A stretch of 64,000 bases of DNA from Squalus acanthias (taxonomy: Eukaryota): assembly GCA_030390025.1 (NCBI GenBank), contig CM059432.1, positions 10,602,001 through 10,666,000 of the forward strand, given 5' to 3'. The translations under genes and the position numbers were made by a program. The notes under the pieces were generated by a model. It saw nothing but the letters and a program-made list of their open reading frames with translations, ran no database searches and was not told the DNA's origin. The number at the start of each line of letters is the position of its first letter. Within the stretch, counting starts at the first letter, position 1. Below, one piece after another: positions 1 to 12,057 of this stretch.

Positions 1-291
1 ACCAGTTCTGAGGCAGTTGATGGTTGTCCACTGTTTGCGAGGAAGGTTTGATCCTTCAGGTTGTACTGTGGGGTCCTCTATAAGGAATCCATTTGGTACG
101 TTGCAGTTCTTCCAAGCATTTCGCCATCGGTCATCAAGGCTGAGGGGAGATCGCTGAAGGGCTTCGGCGACGGTCCAAAATGGCCTTCTAGATTTAAGAC
201 GGGTTGGTGGTAGGTTGTTCAAGTGAGCCTGGATCGGCATGTCTTTGCTGGTGTCGCGGTTGTATTCTCTGGAGACTGCATATTCGCGGCG
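1..291 (-). mobile_element. Fragment of a Vingi/Ingi-like (I-group) non-LTR retrotransposon ORF, C-terminal region, running off the window
   Basis: Manual minus-strand translation gives ...LPPTRLKSRRPFW...DPTVQPEGSNLPRKQWTTINCLRTG, matching the RLKSRxPF and LPRxxWxxLNxLRTG motifs I recall for this clade. Confidence 0.6.
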
Positions 292-446
292 TTTCAATTT
301 CAATTCCTGCAATATTATTTAATAAAGAACCCTTAAAAATGCTTGTCTACTATTTTTCTTTTTCTTGTTATTTCTGAAAAAGGCCTGCACAGCATCTGAA
401 TCTAGTCATGAAGCTCATCGCAGGTTTCAGGCACAATATCTGATTT

Positions 447-1810
447 AACCCATTAAAAATGGGGAGGCAGGTAAACCAGGCAAATACAGGACAGTCAACC
501 TAACGTTGGTGGTGGGGAAACTTCTCGAGACAATAATCCGAGACAAGATTAATTATCATTTGGAAGAACATGGGTTAATAAACGACAGCCGCCATGGATT
601 TGCTAAAGGCAAATCGTGTCCGATAAACTTGATTGAGTTCTTCAATGAAGTAAGGGAGAGGGCTGATGAAGGTTGATGTTGTATATATGGATTTTCAGAA
701 GGTGTTTGATAAAGTGTCACATCATAGACTTGTTAGCGAAATTGAAGCCCATGGGATTAAAGGGGCAGTGGCAGCGTGGATACAAAGTTGACTAAGAGAC
801 AGAAAGCAGAGAGTTGAGGTAAACGGTTGTTTATCAGACTGGAGGGAAGTGTAGAGTGGTGTCCTACAGGGGTCGGTATTAGGAACACTGCACTTTTTGA
901 GATATATTAATGACCTGGATTTGGGTATTCAGGGCATAACTTCAAAGTTTGCAGATGACACAAAGCTTGGAAATGTATTAAACAGTGCGGAGGCTGGTAG
1001 CAGATTCCAGGAGGACATAGACAGACTGGTGAAATGGGCAGACACATGGCAAATTAAATTTAATGCAGAGAAGTGTGAAGTGATGCATTTTGGAAGGAAA
1101 GATGAGGAGAGGCAATATAAATTAAATGATACAATTTTAAAAGGGGTGCAGGAACAGAGAGGCCAGGGGGTTCACATTCACAAATCTTTGTAGGTTGTGG
1201 GATCCTTGGCTTTATCAATAGAGGCATGGAGTACAAAAGCAAGGAAATTATGGCAAATCTTTCTAAATCACTGGTTAGGACCCAGTTAGAGTACTGTCTC
1301 CAATTCTGGGCATCTCACTTTAGGAAGGATGTCAAGGCCTTGGAGAGGGTGCAGAGGAGATTTACCGGAATGGTACCAGGGATGAGGGTCTTCAGTTATG
1401 TGGAGAGACTGGAGAAGCTGGGATTGTTCTCCTTAGAGCAGAGACGGTTAAGGGGAGATTTAATAGAGGTGTTCAACATTATGAAGGTCTTTTATAGATG
1501 GATAGGGAGAAACTGTTTCCACCGGACAAAGGACACAGATTTAAGATAATTAGCAAAAAAGCCAGAGGGGAGATGAGGAGAAATTTCTTTACGCAAGAAG
1601 TTGTTATGATTGGGAATGCACTGCCTGAAAGGGTGGTGGAAGCAAATCAATTATAACTTTCTAAAGGGAATTGAATATATACTTGAAAAGGAGATATTTT
1701 CAGGGCTGTGGGGAAAGAGCAGGGGCGTCGGACTAATTCGATAGCTCTTCAAAGAGCCGGCACAAATACAGTAGGCTGAAAGACTTCCTTCTGTGCTGTA
1801 TCATTCTATG
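447..1810 (+). mobile_element. CR1 LINE, 5'-truncated and degenerate (RT to 3' end)
   Basis: ORFs 897-1193 (YINDL...FADDTKLG) and 1226-1549 (LEYCxQFW), followed by the CR1 3' UTR and an ATTCTAT-type tail. Confidence 0.9.
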
Positions 1811-2003
1811 TTTAACTCTCTCTGATCAGGGTTTCTGATAATGAGAGGCCTGCAGCTATGCTCCAATTTCTTCCACAACTTTCTGGGACAAGGCCCAGCC
1901 AATGAATGAACCATACAAATGGTTCAGGGCAAGATAATCATGTGCGCCCACCCTCTGACAGGCATCCAATGATGCTCACCAATAGAGGAAAATTTGCCTT
2001 CAT

Positions 2004-2660
2004 ACCAGGTACAACAAGCAATTAGGAAGGCAACTGGTATATTAGCCTTTATTGCAAGGAGGTTGGAGTATAAGAGTGAGGAAGTCTTACTGCAATCGCT
2101 TTGATGAGACTGCACCTGGAGTAATGTGTACAGTTTTGGTCTCCTTACCTAAGGAAGGATATACTTGCCTTAGAAGGGGTGCAACGAAGGTTCACTAGAT
2201 TGATTCCTGGGATGAGGGGGTTGTCCTACGAAGAGAGATTGAGTAGAATGGGTCTGTCTTCTCTGGAGTTAAAAATGAGAGGTGAAACGTTTAAAATTCT
2301 TAGAGGGCTTGACAGGGTAGATGCTGAGAGGTTGTTTCCCCCTGGCTGGAGAGTCTAGAACTAGGGGTCATAGTCTCAGGATAAGGAGTCGGCCATTTAG
2401 GACTAAGATGAGGAGAAATTTCTTCACTTAGAGAGTTGCGAATCTTTGGAATTCTCTACCCCAAAGGGTTGTGGATGCTGAGTCATTGAGTATATTCAAG
2501 GCTGAGATCAATAGATTCTTGGGCACTAAGGGAATCAAGGGATACGGGGATAGGGCGGGAAAGTGGAGTTGAGGTAGAAGATCAGCCATGATCTTATTGA
2601 ATGGCGGACCAGGCCCGAGAGGCCGTATGGTCTACTGCTACTCCTATTTCTTATGTTCTT
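2004..2660 (+). mobile_element. CR1 LINE 3' fragment
   Basis: Colinear with the 3' part of the CR1 copies at 16983-17965 and 48360-52157; ends CTCCTATTTCTTATGTTCTT. Confidence 0.88.
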
Positions 2661-2739
2661 TGTAACTGTGCATGAATGTAGGGTAATTTGGCAGAATCCT
2701 TTAGCTGTGGTACTGGGAACTGACAAAACATACCATATT

Positions 2740-3135
2740 TCAGCTGGGCTCAGTAGTAGCCCTCTTGCCTCTGGTTCAGAAGGTTGTGGGTTCAATCCCC
2801 ACTTCAGGTACTTGCTGTGTAATGAGAAACATGATCTTTCAGATCTAGATGTTAAACTGAAGCTCTGTCTAGGTGGGTGCGAAAGATTGTATGGTGCTAA
2901 TCAAAGAACAGCAGGTGAGTTCTTCATGGTATCTTTAGCAAGTTTTACCCCTCATAACCAACACCATCAAGACAGGTTAACGGGTTATTCATCTCATTTG
3001 CTATTTATGGGATGTTGCTCTGAGCAAGTTAGCTGCTGCAGTTACTTATGTAATAACAGTGATTGCACTTGCAAAGGGACATGAAGCACTTTCGAGCGTC
3101 TTGAGAAAGCGCTACATAAATGCACGTCTTTTTTT
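2740..3135 (+). mobile_element. Old, degraded SacSINE1-like DeuSINE
   Basis: tRNA-like head (GGTTCAATCCC), GTTAAACTGAAG and CCCTCATAACCAACACC segments, and a 3' end GCGCTACATAAATGCACGTCTTT resembling the younger copies. Confidence 0.6.
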
Positions 3136-4057
3136 CAGGAATATTATTCCACTTTTTTCCTCTTGAACCCGATTCAATGTAAGACGGCGCTCTGCCACTC
3201 AATCTAGGTACCTGAGAGGTTCCGATAACTATTACATCTTGGAATGTAAGAAGGGAAAAGCGAACTGCCCAGTGCCTGGTTGCGGACTATTGTTGGCTGC
3301 CTATCTGTTCTCTTCACCAGGGAAGAGTGTCGGCATGGATCAAAAAGAGGGTGAGAAAAGCTCATTAAAAATAAGGCAGAGAACCAAAGGTAAATTCGTT
3401 GTCTTAAATCAAACACAAAGCATTTTGGATCTAATGCTAGGTTTGAAGCTGGAACATTGGTTCCAACACTAAGGTACTGATGTTGGATTTTAATGAATTC
3501 ATCAATGATGATTTATGAGTTAATTTCCTCTGGGATTTTGAAGATCCAGTTTCAGAAGATGAGGCTAATTTGCACTCTGCATTTTAAGACCTCTGGTTGC
3601 TAACCAACTGCTTATTGCAGCAATTTCAATTTATTAACCTGCTTCCTCCAAATGCATCTCATGTATCACTGAAATAAAAATTTGAACTGCTAGGGGCCCA
3701 TTTTCCTCAATACTACATCTGGGGAGCTCACACTTCTCAGATGCCGGAAAGACCAAAAGGGGAACTAAACCCTTGGGGGAAATTTTTCGGGGGGTCAGCG
3801 GGCGCAATCGGTGGCGGGTCGGGTGGGAAAATATATTTTTTGACAGCGGGTCGGAACCCCGCTGTCAAGCCGTCGCCACGTGCCTTTCCCAGATGTCGAG
3901 TGTGTCAGCGCTGAACAGACCCGACACGCAGCAGCAGGGGAGGCAATTCAGGTCATTATGACCTTGTTAACAGCCCATTAAGAAGTATTTTGAGCTCACC
4001 TTTACATTTTACGAGATCGCCCACGGGGTCCACGCTTCTCGGGGATCATGTCAGATA

Positions 4058-7000
4058 CATACATAGATACATAGAAGATAGGAGCAGGAGTAGGCCATCC
4101 GGCCCTTCGAGCCTGCTCCGCCATTTAATGAGATCATGGCTGATCCTTCAATTCAGTATCCCGTCCCCGCCTTCTCTCCGTAACCCTTAACCCCTTTTGC
4201 CTGTAGAAATATATCTAATTCCCTCTTAAATATATTTAATGAGCTGGCGTACACTGCCCTCTGTGGCAATGAGTTCCACAGGTTCACCACTCTCTGAGTG
4301 AAGAAATTCCCCCTCATTTCTGTCCTAAATGGTTTAGCCCTTATCCTTAAATTATGTCCTCTAGTTCTGTTCTCACCCGCCAAGGGAAACATTCCTTCTG
4401 CATCTAATCTGTCTAGACCTGTCAGAATTTTATACACTTCTATGAGGTCCCCTCTCAATCTTCTAAACTCCAGTGTGTACATCCCTAAACTACATAGTCT
4501 CTCCTCATAGGTCAATCCCGCCATTCCTGGTATCAGCCTGGTGAATCGCCGCTGCACCCCCTCCATGGCAAGAACATCTTTCCTCAGATGAGGCGACCAA
4601 AACTGTACACAGTACTCGAGGTGTGGTCTCACCAGTGCCCTGTACAGCTGCAGCAAGGTATCCCTGTTCCTGTATTCCAACCCTTTTGCTATGAAGGCCA
4701 GCATACCGTTTGCCTTCTTGACCGCCTGTTGCACCTGCATGCTCGCCTTCAGTGACTGGTGTACAAGAACACCCAGGTCTCTCTGTACTTCCCCCTCTCC
4801 CAATTTATTGCCATTTAAATAATAATTTGCCCTCCCGTTCCTGCACCCAAGGTGGATAACTTCGCACTTGTCCACATTATAGTGCATCTGCCATTTATCC
4901 GCCCAATCACCCAGTCTGTCCAAATCGCTCTGGAGCTTCCTGGTCTCCTCCTCTGAGCCCACCCCCCCTCCTAGTTTAGTGTCGTCTGCAAATTTGGAAA
5001 TGCTGCATTCGACTCCCTGATCCAGGTCATTAATATAAATTGTGAACAGCTGGGGACCCAGGACAGATCCCTGTGGTACCCCACTTGTTACTGCCTGCCA
5101 TTCAGAAAATGAGCCGTTTATTCCAACTCTCTGTTTTCTATCTGACAGCCAGTTCTCTATCCACGTCAATACTTTCCCCTTTATCCCATGAGCTTCAATT
5201 TTCCATGCTAATCTTTTATGTGGGACCTTATCGAAGGCCTTTTGGAAGTCCAGGTACACCACATCTACTGGCTCTCCCCCATCTATTTTACCAGTTACTC
5301 CCTCAAAAAATTCCAATAGATTAGTCAAGCACGATTTACCCTTTGTAAATCCATGTTGACTCTGTCCTATCCTGTCCCCATTTGCTAAGTGCTCGGCTAT
5401 TTCATCCTTAATGATGGACTCCAGCATTTTGCCCACAACTGATGTAAGGCTTACAGGTCTGTAATTACCTGCTTTTTCCCTACCCCCCTTTTTGAATAGT
5501 GGGGTAACGTTAGCTACCCTCCAATCCATGGGCACTGTTCCCGAGTCTAATGAATTCTGAAAAATCATGCTTAGTGCATCCGCTATCTCTAGGGCCACCT
5601 CCTTCAGTACCCTAGGATGCATGTTATCAGGCCCTGGGGATTTGTCCGCCTTCAATCCCTTTAGCTTCCTTAACACCATATCCTTAGAGATATTGATTTG
5701 CGTCAGTTCCTCCTTTGCCAATGTCCCTATTTTTCCCGATATCCCAGGGAGGTTTTTTGTGTCTTCCTTCGTAAAGACTGACCCAAAGTATGCATTTAGT
5801 TGGTCTGCCATTTCCTTATTTCCCATTATATATTCCCCCGTATCTGACTGCAATGGACCAACTTTGGTTTTCACCAGTCTTTTCCTCTTGATATACTTAT
5901 AAAAGCTTTTGGAGTTAGTTTTTATATTTTCCGCCAGCTTGCTTTCGTAAGCTATTTTGCCCTTCTTGATTAAGCCCTTTGCCCTCCTTTGCTCTATCTT
6001 AAACTGTTCCCAATCTTCCGCTCTGGCGCGTTTTTTGGCTATTTTATACGCCCTATCTTTGGATTTTATGCTGTCTCTAATTTCCCCTGTTATCCACGGT
6101 TGAGTCACCTTTTTAGATTTCCTTTTATGCCAGATTGGTATAAACAATTTTTGCAATTTTGTCATTCTATCTTTAAATGCTTGCCATTGTTTATCTACCT
6201 CCAGTCCTCCCAGGAACGTTGTCCAATCAGACCTACTCAGTTCCCGTCTAATGGCATCATAATTCCCCTTGTTTAAATTCAGGACCTGAGTCTCTGAGTC
6301 AATTTCTTCGCTCTCCATTTCGAGTGAGAAATCGATCATGTTATGATCGCTCTGACCCAAGGGTCCCCGTACAACAAGATTACTAATTAGTCCCTTCTCA
6401 TTGCACAGTACCCAGTCCAATATAGCCTGTTCCCGAGTTGGTTCCTCGACATATTGATCCAGATAACCATCCCTTAAACACTCAAGGAATTCCTCCTCCT
6501 CATTATTTTTACTGATTAGGCTAGTCCAATCTATATGTAAGTTAAAGTCACCTATGATGACAGCTGTGCTCTTATTGCACGCTTCTCTAATTTCCCTCGT
6601 GATGCCCTCCCCAACCTCTATTTTACTATTTGGAGGCCTATATACCACTCCTATTAATGTTTTTCGCCCCTCGCTATTTCTTAGCTCCACCCATATAGAT
6701 TCTGTATTAACTGAGTTAATATCCTTCCTTTCAATTGCATTTATCCCCTCTTTTACCAGCAATGCTACCCCTCCTCCCTTTCTTTTTTGTCGATCCTTCC
6801 TAAATACTGAATACCCCTGTATGTTAAGCTCCCAGCCCTGCTCACCCTGCAACCATGTTTCCGTAATCCCAATTAGATCATAATTATTAACCTCTATTTC
6901 CACAGCTAATTCATCTACCTTGTTCCTGATGCTTCTCGCATTAAGGTATAAAACCCTCAGGCTTTTTTTATGCTCACATTTTTTATGAATTAGTTTGGCC

Positions 7001-7100
7001 CTTTGTTTTTTTTTTTGTTCCTCTCCTTTTTACCATTTATTTCTGTCTGCCTTTCACTTTCCTCTATTTCACTACATGGGTTTCTAGCCCCCTGCCATAC
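4058..7100 (-). mobile_element. Young CR1 LINE, 5'-truncated just downstream of ORF1
   Basis: Uninterrupted ORF2 and a 3' tail (CTATGTAT)n; flanked by TGTCAGATA (4049-4057) and TGTCAGGTA (7101-7109). Confidence 0.93.
4153..7029 (-). CDS. CR1 ORF2: APE-type endonuclease plus reverse transcriptase, intact stop to stop
   Basis: The 916-aa track ORF extends upstream without a stop through LRVLYLNARSIRNK to 7029. Motifs: GITETWL, YRPP, GDFN, SDH, YLDFQKAFDKV, GVPQGSVLGP, YINDL, FADD. No ATG at the true N-terminus. Confidence 0.93.
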   Translation of the reverse strand, partial: KGEEQKKKQRAKLIHKKCEHKKSLRVLYLNARSIRNKVDELAVEIEVNNYDLIGITETWLQGEQGWELNIQGYSVFRKDRQKRKGGGVALLVKEGINAIERKDINSVNTESIWVELRNSEGRKTLIGVVYRPPNSKIEVGEGITREIREACNKSTAVIIGDFNLHIDWTSLISKNNEEEEFLECLRDGYLDQYVEEPTREQAILDWVLCNEKGLISNLVVRGPLGQSDHNMIDFSLEMESEEIDSETQVLNLNKGNYDAIRRELSRSDWTTFLGGLEVDKQWQAFKDRMTKLQKLFIPIWHKRKSKKVTQPWITGEIRDSIKSKDRAYKIAKKRARAEDWEQFKIEQRRAKGLIKKGKIAYESKLAENIKTNSKSFYKYIKRKRLVKTKVGPLQSDTGEYIMGNKEMADQLNAYFGSVFTKEDTKNLPGISGKIGTLAKEELTQINISKDMVLRKLKGLKADKSPGPDNMHPRVLKEVALEIADALSMIFQNSLDSGTVPMDWRVANVTPLFKKGGREKAGNYRPVSLTSVVGKMLESIIKDEIAEHLANGDRIGQSQHGFTKGKSCLTNLLEFFEGVTGKIDGGEPVDVVYLDFQKAFDKVPHKRLAWKIEAHGIKGKVLTWIENWLSDRKQRVGINGSFSEWQAVTSGVPQGSVLGPQLFTIYINDLDQGVECSISKFADDTKLGGGVGSEEETRKLQSDLDRLGDWADKWQMHYNVDKCEVIHLGCRNGRANYYLNGNKLGEGEVQRDLGVLVHQSLKASMQVQQAVKKANGMLAFIAKGLEYRNRDTLLQLYRALVRPHLEYCVQFWSPHLRKDVLAMEGVQRRFTRLIPGMAGLTYEERLCSLGMYTLEFRRLRGDLIEVYKILTGLDRLDAEGMFPLAGENRTRGHNLRIRAKPFRTEMRGNFFTQRVVNLWNSLPQRAVYASSLNIFKRELDIFLQAKGVKGYGEKAGTGY

Positions 7101-8069
7101 TGTCAGGTAAGGAGTTCAGGAGTTGTATGACCATGGAATCATCTCATTACTTGACAGCTGCAAATGTGCTATAAAAGCTCCCATCTCACAGCTGTTCACT
7201 TTCCAAGCTCAGAAGCTGTTGCTTACTGCATTTGGAAGACAGATTGAGCTTTATGCAGGTTGAAAATGTTTGGAGCAAACTCTCTATCCAATGTCACCTC
7301 ATTGGAACAACCTCTCTCACCATTGACAGATCGCTTCTGTCATCTCAACTTCACCTGCCATCTATTCCATCAGCATTGGTGCCCTTGTAACTATCTCACC
7401 TTGGTCCTCAGAATCTGAACACAATCAGCTCCAACACCAGCAGCACCAGGAACACCAGCAGCACCAACAATAACACCAACCTTCTCCGCAATCAACTGAT
7501 GCTGCACAAGACAGAGGGCATCAGCACCTGACCACATTGCCTCACCATGGCCAGATTTACTTCACTTGATGCTGCACACCCTGGCTGCCACATGATGCGC
7601 CAGGTTGGCACCACCCCACACCAGCACCATAAAGCATCCCTACAATGCCCAAGCCATTCCTTTCACACTCACCACCATTCTGGTGTACCGTTATGTCTCA
7701 CCATTCACTGCAACTCACTCAGCCACTTCCAAAGGTTCACAAAAATCTGTCCAAGAAAGCAAAGTGTTGAAAATAAAGATTTAAATGTTTGACAGCACAT
7801 TAATAGAAACTTCACATGAACATTGGCTAAAACACACAAGTGCCTATCCTTGTGTGTTGTTAGTTGGTATGATTGGACTAGGATGAGGCTAAGTGTGAGG
7901 GGTGGCTAGTGAGATCGGGAAGTGATAATGTAGATAGAGAGGAATGGGTGGAGGTGCAAGGTAAGTTGGTGTGAGTAAGGATGTGCAGGAGTAGGGTAGG
8001 GAAGGCAGAGTGGTGGGGATGTGATGAGTGGCACAGCAGGATGAGGTTGAGTGTGGCTTTGCAGTAACG

Positions 8070-8300
8070 CTTCGTGATCTACTGAGATCATTGAAAGGTT
8101 TGCGCCACTGCAGCCAGGTCCTCCTTGTGACATCCCTGCTTGTGCCCTCCTGTGCAATGTGCAACCAGGCTGTGTTGCTCTCCTGGGGAGGTCTCTTCCG
8201 CCCATTGGAAGGGAAGAGAACCTCCCCGTGTGCTGTGACTCCCTCCATAAGCATATGGATGGAGTCATGGGAGAGCCTGGGTGCAGCCGTGCACCTCTGT
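8070..8300 (-). pseudogene. Harbinger Myb/SANT-like DNA-binding ORF remnant
   Basis: AAPRLSHDSIHMLMEGV...LFPSNGRKRPP...AWLHIAQE...RTWLQWRKPFNDL within ORF 7889-8482; trihelix Trp pattern of NAIF1/MSANTD-type proteins. Confidence 0.75.
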
Positions 8301-9111
8301 GCAGTGCTTGTCAGTGTTTGCAGCACCTCAATGCTGTAGAACACTGACAGCACAAATGTCAAAGTAAATTTGCACATGGTCCCTTTAAGGAAACCGGCTG
8401 ATGATGCGTCATCAAATGACGTCATCAGACCCGCTTCCTTCAATTGGCCGGCAAACGTGCTGGGCGGGCTTAACAAGCCCAATCAGGGAAAAATCATTTT
8501 GGACAGCGGGCTGGAGCCAGCAGCGGGGTCGGGACCCACCACCGACATCGCCCGCCACGGACATCGCCCGCCACGGACCCGCCGAGGTTGGTAAAATCCA
8601 GCCCATTACGTCAAGTCTCCGCCCCAACTATGCTGTCCCAGGACTTGCTGGCTTCCCCGAGTGGGCGTTATTGGGCCTGCACCTACAAGCTCAACATTAA
8701 CGAGGCAGCATTCACGACCCTCCTGTCTCATTTTTCTGTCTTCCCAGCCATGAGGTGCCTAAGTGCAGGTACATTTTCAGTATTCTCGTATCTGGCTCCT
8801 TATTACAAACTTTGGGTCTGCAGTAGACATCCTCTTGGATTCAGTGTCACCAATCACTCCCGTAAGCAGGTCCGCATCCCTTACCATCAGAAGTTTGCCT
8901 TTACTGCCCGATATCTAGCTTTATAATAGCATGACCCACCGGCATAACTATGAAACCCTTTGTTATATGAAGCAAATATATCGTAAACTCACACATTCCG
9001 TCGCATAACCTTCTCCAATCTACCGAAAGGCAGTTTGATGAACATTTTAATGAGATGAGGCCAAATATAAATCAACAGGCATATTTGTTTCACAATCAGT
9101 AAGTTAACGAG

Positions 9112-10280
9112 CATAGAATCACAGAATCATAGAGATTTACAGCACGGAGAGAGGCCATTCGGCCCATCGTGTCCGCACCAGTCGGACAAAGAGCTATCCA
9201 GCCTAATCCCACCTGCCAGCTCTTGGTCCCTAGCCTTGTAGGCCATGGCACCTCAAGTGCATATCCAAGTTCTTTTTGAATGTGGTGAGAGTTTCTGCCT
9301 CTACCACCCTTTCAGGCAGTGAGTTCCAGACCCCCACCACCTTCTGGGTGAAAAAATTTCCCTCAAATCCCCTCTAAACCTCCGACCATTTACTTTAAAT
9401 CTATGCCCCCTGGTTGTTGACCCCTCTGCCAAAGGAAACAGTTCCTTCCTATCCGCTCTATCTAGGCCCCTCATAATTTTACACACCTCAATTAGGTCTC
9501 CCCTCAGCCTCCTCTGCTCCAAAGAAAACAACCCCAGCCTATCCAATCTTTCCTCATAGCTAAAATTTTCCAGTCCAGGCAACATCCTCGTAAATCTCCT
9601 CTGTACCCTCTCTAGTGCAATCATATCCTTCCTGTAATGTGGTGACCAGAACTGTACGCAGTATTCTAGCTGAGGCCTAACTAGTGTTTTGTACAGTTCA
9701 AGCATAGCCTCCCTGCTCTTGTATTCTATGCCACGGCTAATAAAGGCAAGTATCCCGTATACCTTCTTAACCACCTTATCTATCTGTCCTGCTACCTTCA
9801 GGGATCTGTGGACATGCACTCCAAGGTCCCTCTGTTCCTCTGCACTTCTCAGTGTCCTACCATTTATTGTGTATTCCCTTTCCTTGTTAGCCCTCCCCAA
9901 ATGCACTACCTCACACTTGTCCGGATTGAATTCCATTTACCACTGTTCTGCCCACCATTGATATCTTCCTGCAGTCTGCAGCTTTATTCTTCATTATCGA
10001 CCACACGGCCAAATTTTGTATTTTTTGCAAACTTCTTAATCATACTCCTACATTCCAGTCTAAATCATTGATATATACCACAAAAAGCAAAGGACCCAGT
10101 ACTGAGCACTGCGGAACCCCACTGGAAACAGCCTTCCAGTCAAAAAACACCCATCGACTATTACTCTTTGCTTCCTACTTCTGAGATAATTTTGGATCCT
10201 AACTAGTGCTTTATACAGTTCAAACATAACCTCCCTGCTCTTATATTCTATGCCTCGGCTAATAAAGGCAAGTATCCCGT
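9112..10280 (-). mobile_element. CR1 LINE 3' fragment(s)
   Basis: ORF 9301-9936 (KCEVVHLGR...LEYCVQFWSP); tail reads CATAGAATCACAGAATCATAGA on the plus strand. Confidence 0.9.
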
Positions 10281-10349
10281 TGCAGAGCAACATTGAAAAC
10301 AAATTATGATTTATTCCACGCACTCATTGTAACATTGAAAATAACAAAA

Positions 10350-11130
10350 CATTACATTGAATTTACAACACAGAAGCAGGTCATTCGGCACAACTGGTCC
10401 GGTGTTTACACCCCACATGAGCCTTCTGCCACCCTCCTTCATCTAACCTGATCTGCATATTTTTTTTTATTCGCTTATGGGATGTGGGCGTCGCTGGCAA
10501 GGCCAGCATTTATTGCCCATCCCTAATTGCCCTTGAGAAGGTGGTGGTGAGCCGTCACCTTGAACCGCTGCAGTCCGTGTGGTGAAGGTACTCCCACAGT
10601 GCTGTTGGGGAGGGAGTTCCAGGATTTTGACCCAGCGACGATGAAGGATCGACGATATATTTCTAAGTCAGGATGACGTGTGACTTGGAGGGGAACTTGG
10701 AGGTGGTGGTGTTCCCATGCGCCTGCTGCCCTTGTCCTTCTAGGCGGAAGCGGTCGCGGGTTTGGGAGGTGCTGCCGAAGAAGCCTTGGCGAGTTGCTGC
10801 AGTGCATCTTGTAGATGGTACACACTGCAGCCACGGTACGCCGGTGGTGGAGGGAGTGAATGTTTAAGGTGGTGGATGGGGTGCCAGTCAAGCGGGCTGC
10901 TTTGTCCTGGATGGTGTCGAGCTTCTTATTCCTTCTATTCCTTTCCCTTTCATATTTTTCCCCTTAAATGCATCTTTGCTATTCGACTTAACCACTCCAT
11001 GTGGTAGCGAGTTCCACGTGCTAACCGCTCTCTGGGTAAAGAAATTACTCCTGAATTCCCTATTGGATTTATTGGTGACTATCTTATATTGATGGCTCCT
11101 AGTTTTTGACTCCCCCGCAAGTGGAACCCA
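10350..11130 (-). mobile_element. Older CR1 3' end, interrupted by a family-B LINE 3' fragment (about 10463-10927, minus)
   Basis: CR1 3' UTR sequence on both sides; ORF 10523-10891 (CSNSPRLLRQHLP...WNSLP...HHHLLKGN) inside. Confidence 0.8.
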
Positions 11131-12057
11131 TCTCTGTTAGCGGGCTAAATTTATGACCAGCAATTCCTCCGAACATGATCGACACTATGTTCAGGAGACC
11201 ACTCCCACTCCCGATGTCTGTCCCCCTCGCCAGATCTTCCACACTGAGTCATATCATGTCTTTCTGTGTCCTTTGTCTCCTAGCTGAACAGCATGCCAGG
11301 AACTTGCTGCCAAGGATCAGCCAGCTGAGCTGTCAATTAAACTGATATGTTTCAATAAGATCCACTCTCATTCTTCTAAACTCCAATGAGTATAGGCCCA
11401 ACATAACAACTCGCTGCGTAAAAACAATTCTCCTCTCCCCACACCTGGTCCTTTTGCCAATTACTTTAAATCTGCGTCCTCTGATAACCGACCCTTCTGC
11501 CAGTGGAAACAGTTCCTCCTTATTTACCCTGTCAAAACACTTCAATAGAGTGGAATACTTGTGAGAGGTATGACTTCAGGCCAGTGAGAGGGCTGCAAGT
11601 CTCAGAAGTTTCAGGGCTCGGGCCACTTTGTTCATAATTTAGCCGAGACCCTGATACCCAAGTCAGCTGTTAACAGACCAAATGTGCCGGTAACCCCCAA
11701 GGGGGGGGGGAGTCAATGGTTTACCGCGAAATGAATGAAATTGCAGGGTGCAATTGCCTGGCCCAGAATTTGACATTTGTTTTTGTGTGGTAACAGAAGA
11801 TTTCCAATCCTCCACCGCCTCCCATCTAACTCCCAACCTGCTGTGGCCCCCTTTCCCCCATTCACCGCTCCCCACACCCCCCCACCACACCTCCACACCT
11901 CCGTCTTTCGTGACCAGCCGTTGCTTACTGCCCCTGTGGACATAATACACAGTGGAAGCTCTGTTTGCGGGAGGCACCTCATTTCTCCACTCGTCATCTC
12001 ATGGATAGCCAAACTAGACATCCCTTTACAAGCTTTTCCCGAAAGTGGTAGTAGTAG

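Larger units (their letters stand above)
3775..8604. mobile_element. Non-autonomous PIF/Harbinger element, internally deleted and interrupted by a CR1 insertion (4058-7100)
   Basis: Ends GGGGGAAATTTT (3775) and AAAATCCAGCCC (8604), with GC-rich subterminal repeats. Minus-strand Myb/SANT-like coding remnant at about 8070-8300; a Q/H-rich stretch at about 7375-7530 may be the transposase N-terminus. Confidence 0.65.
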
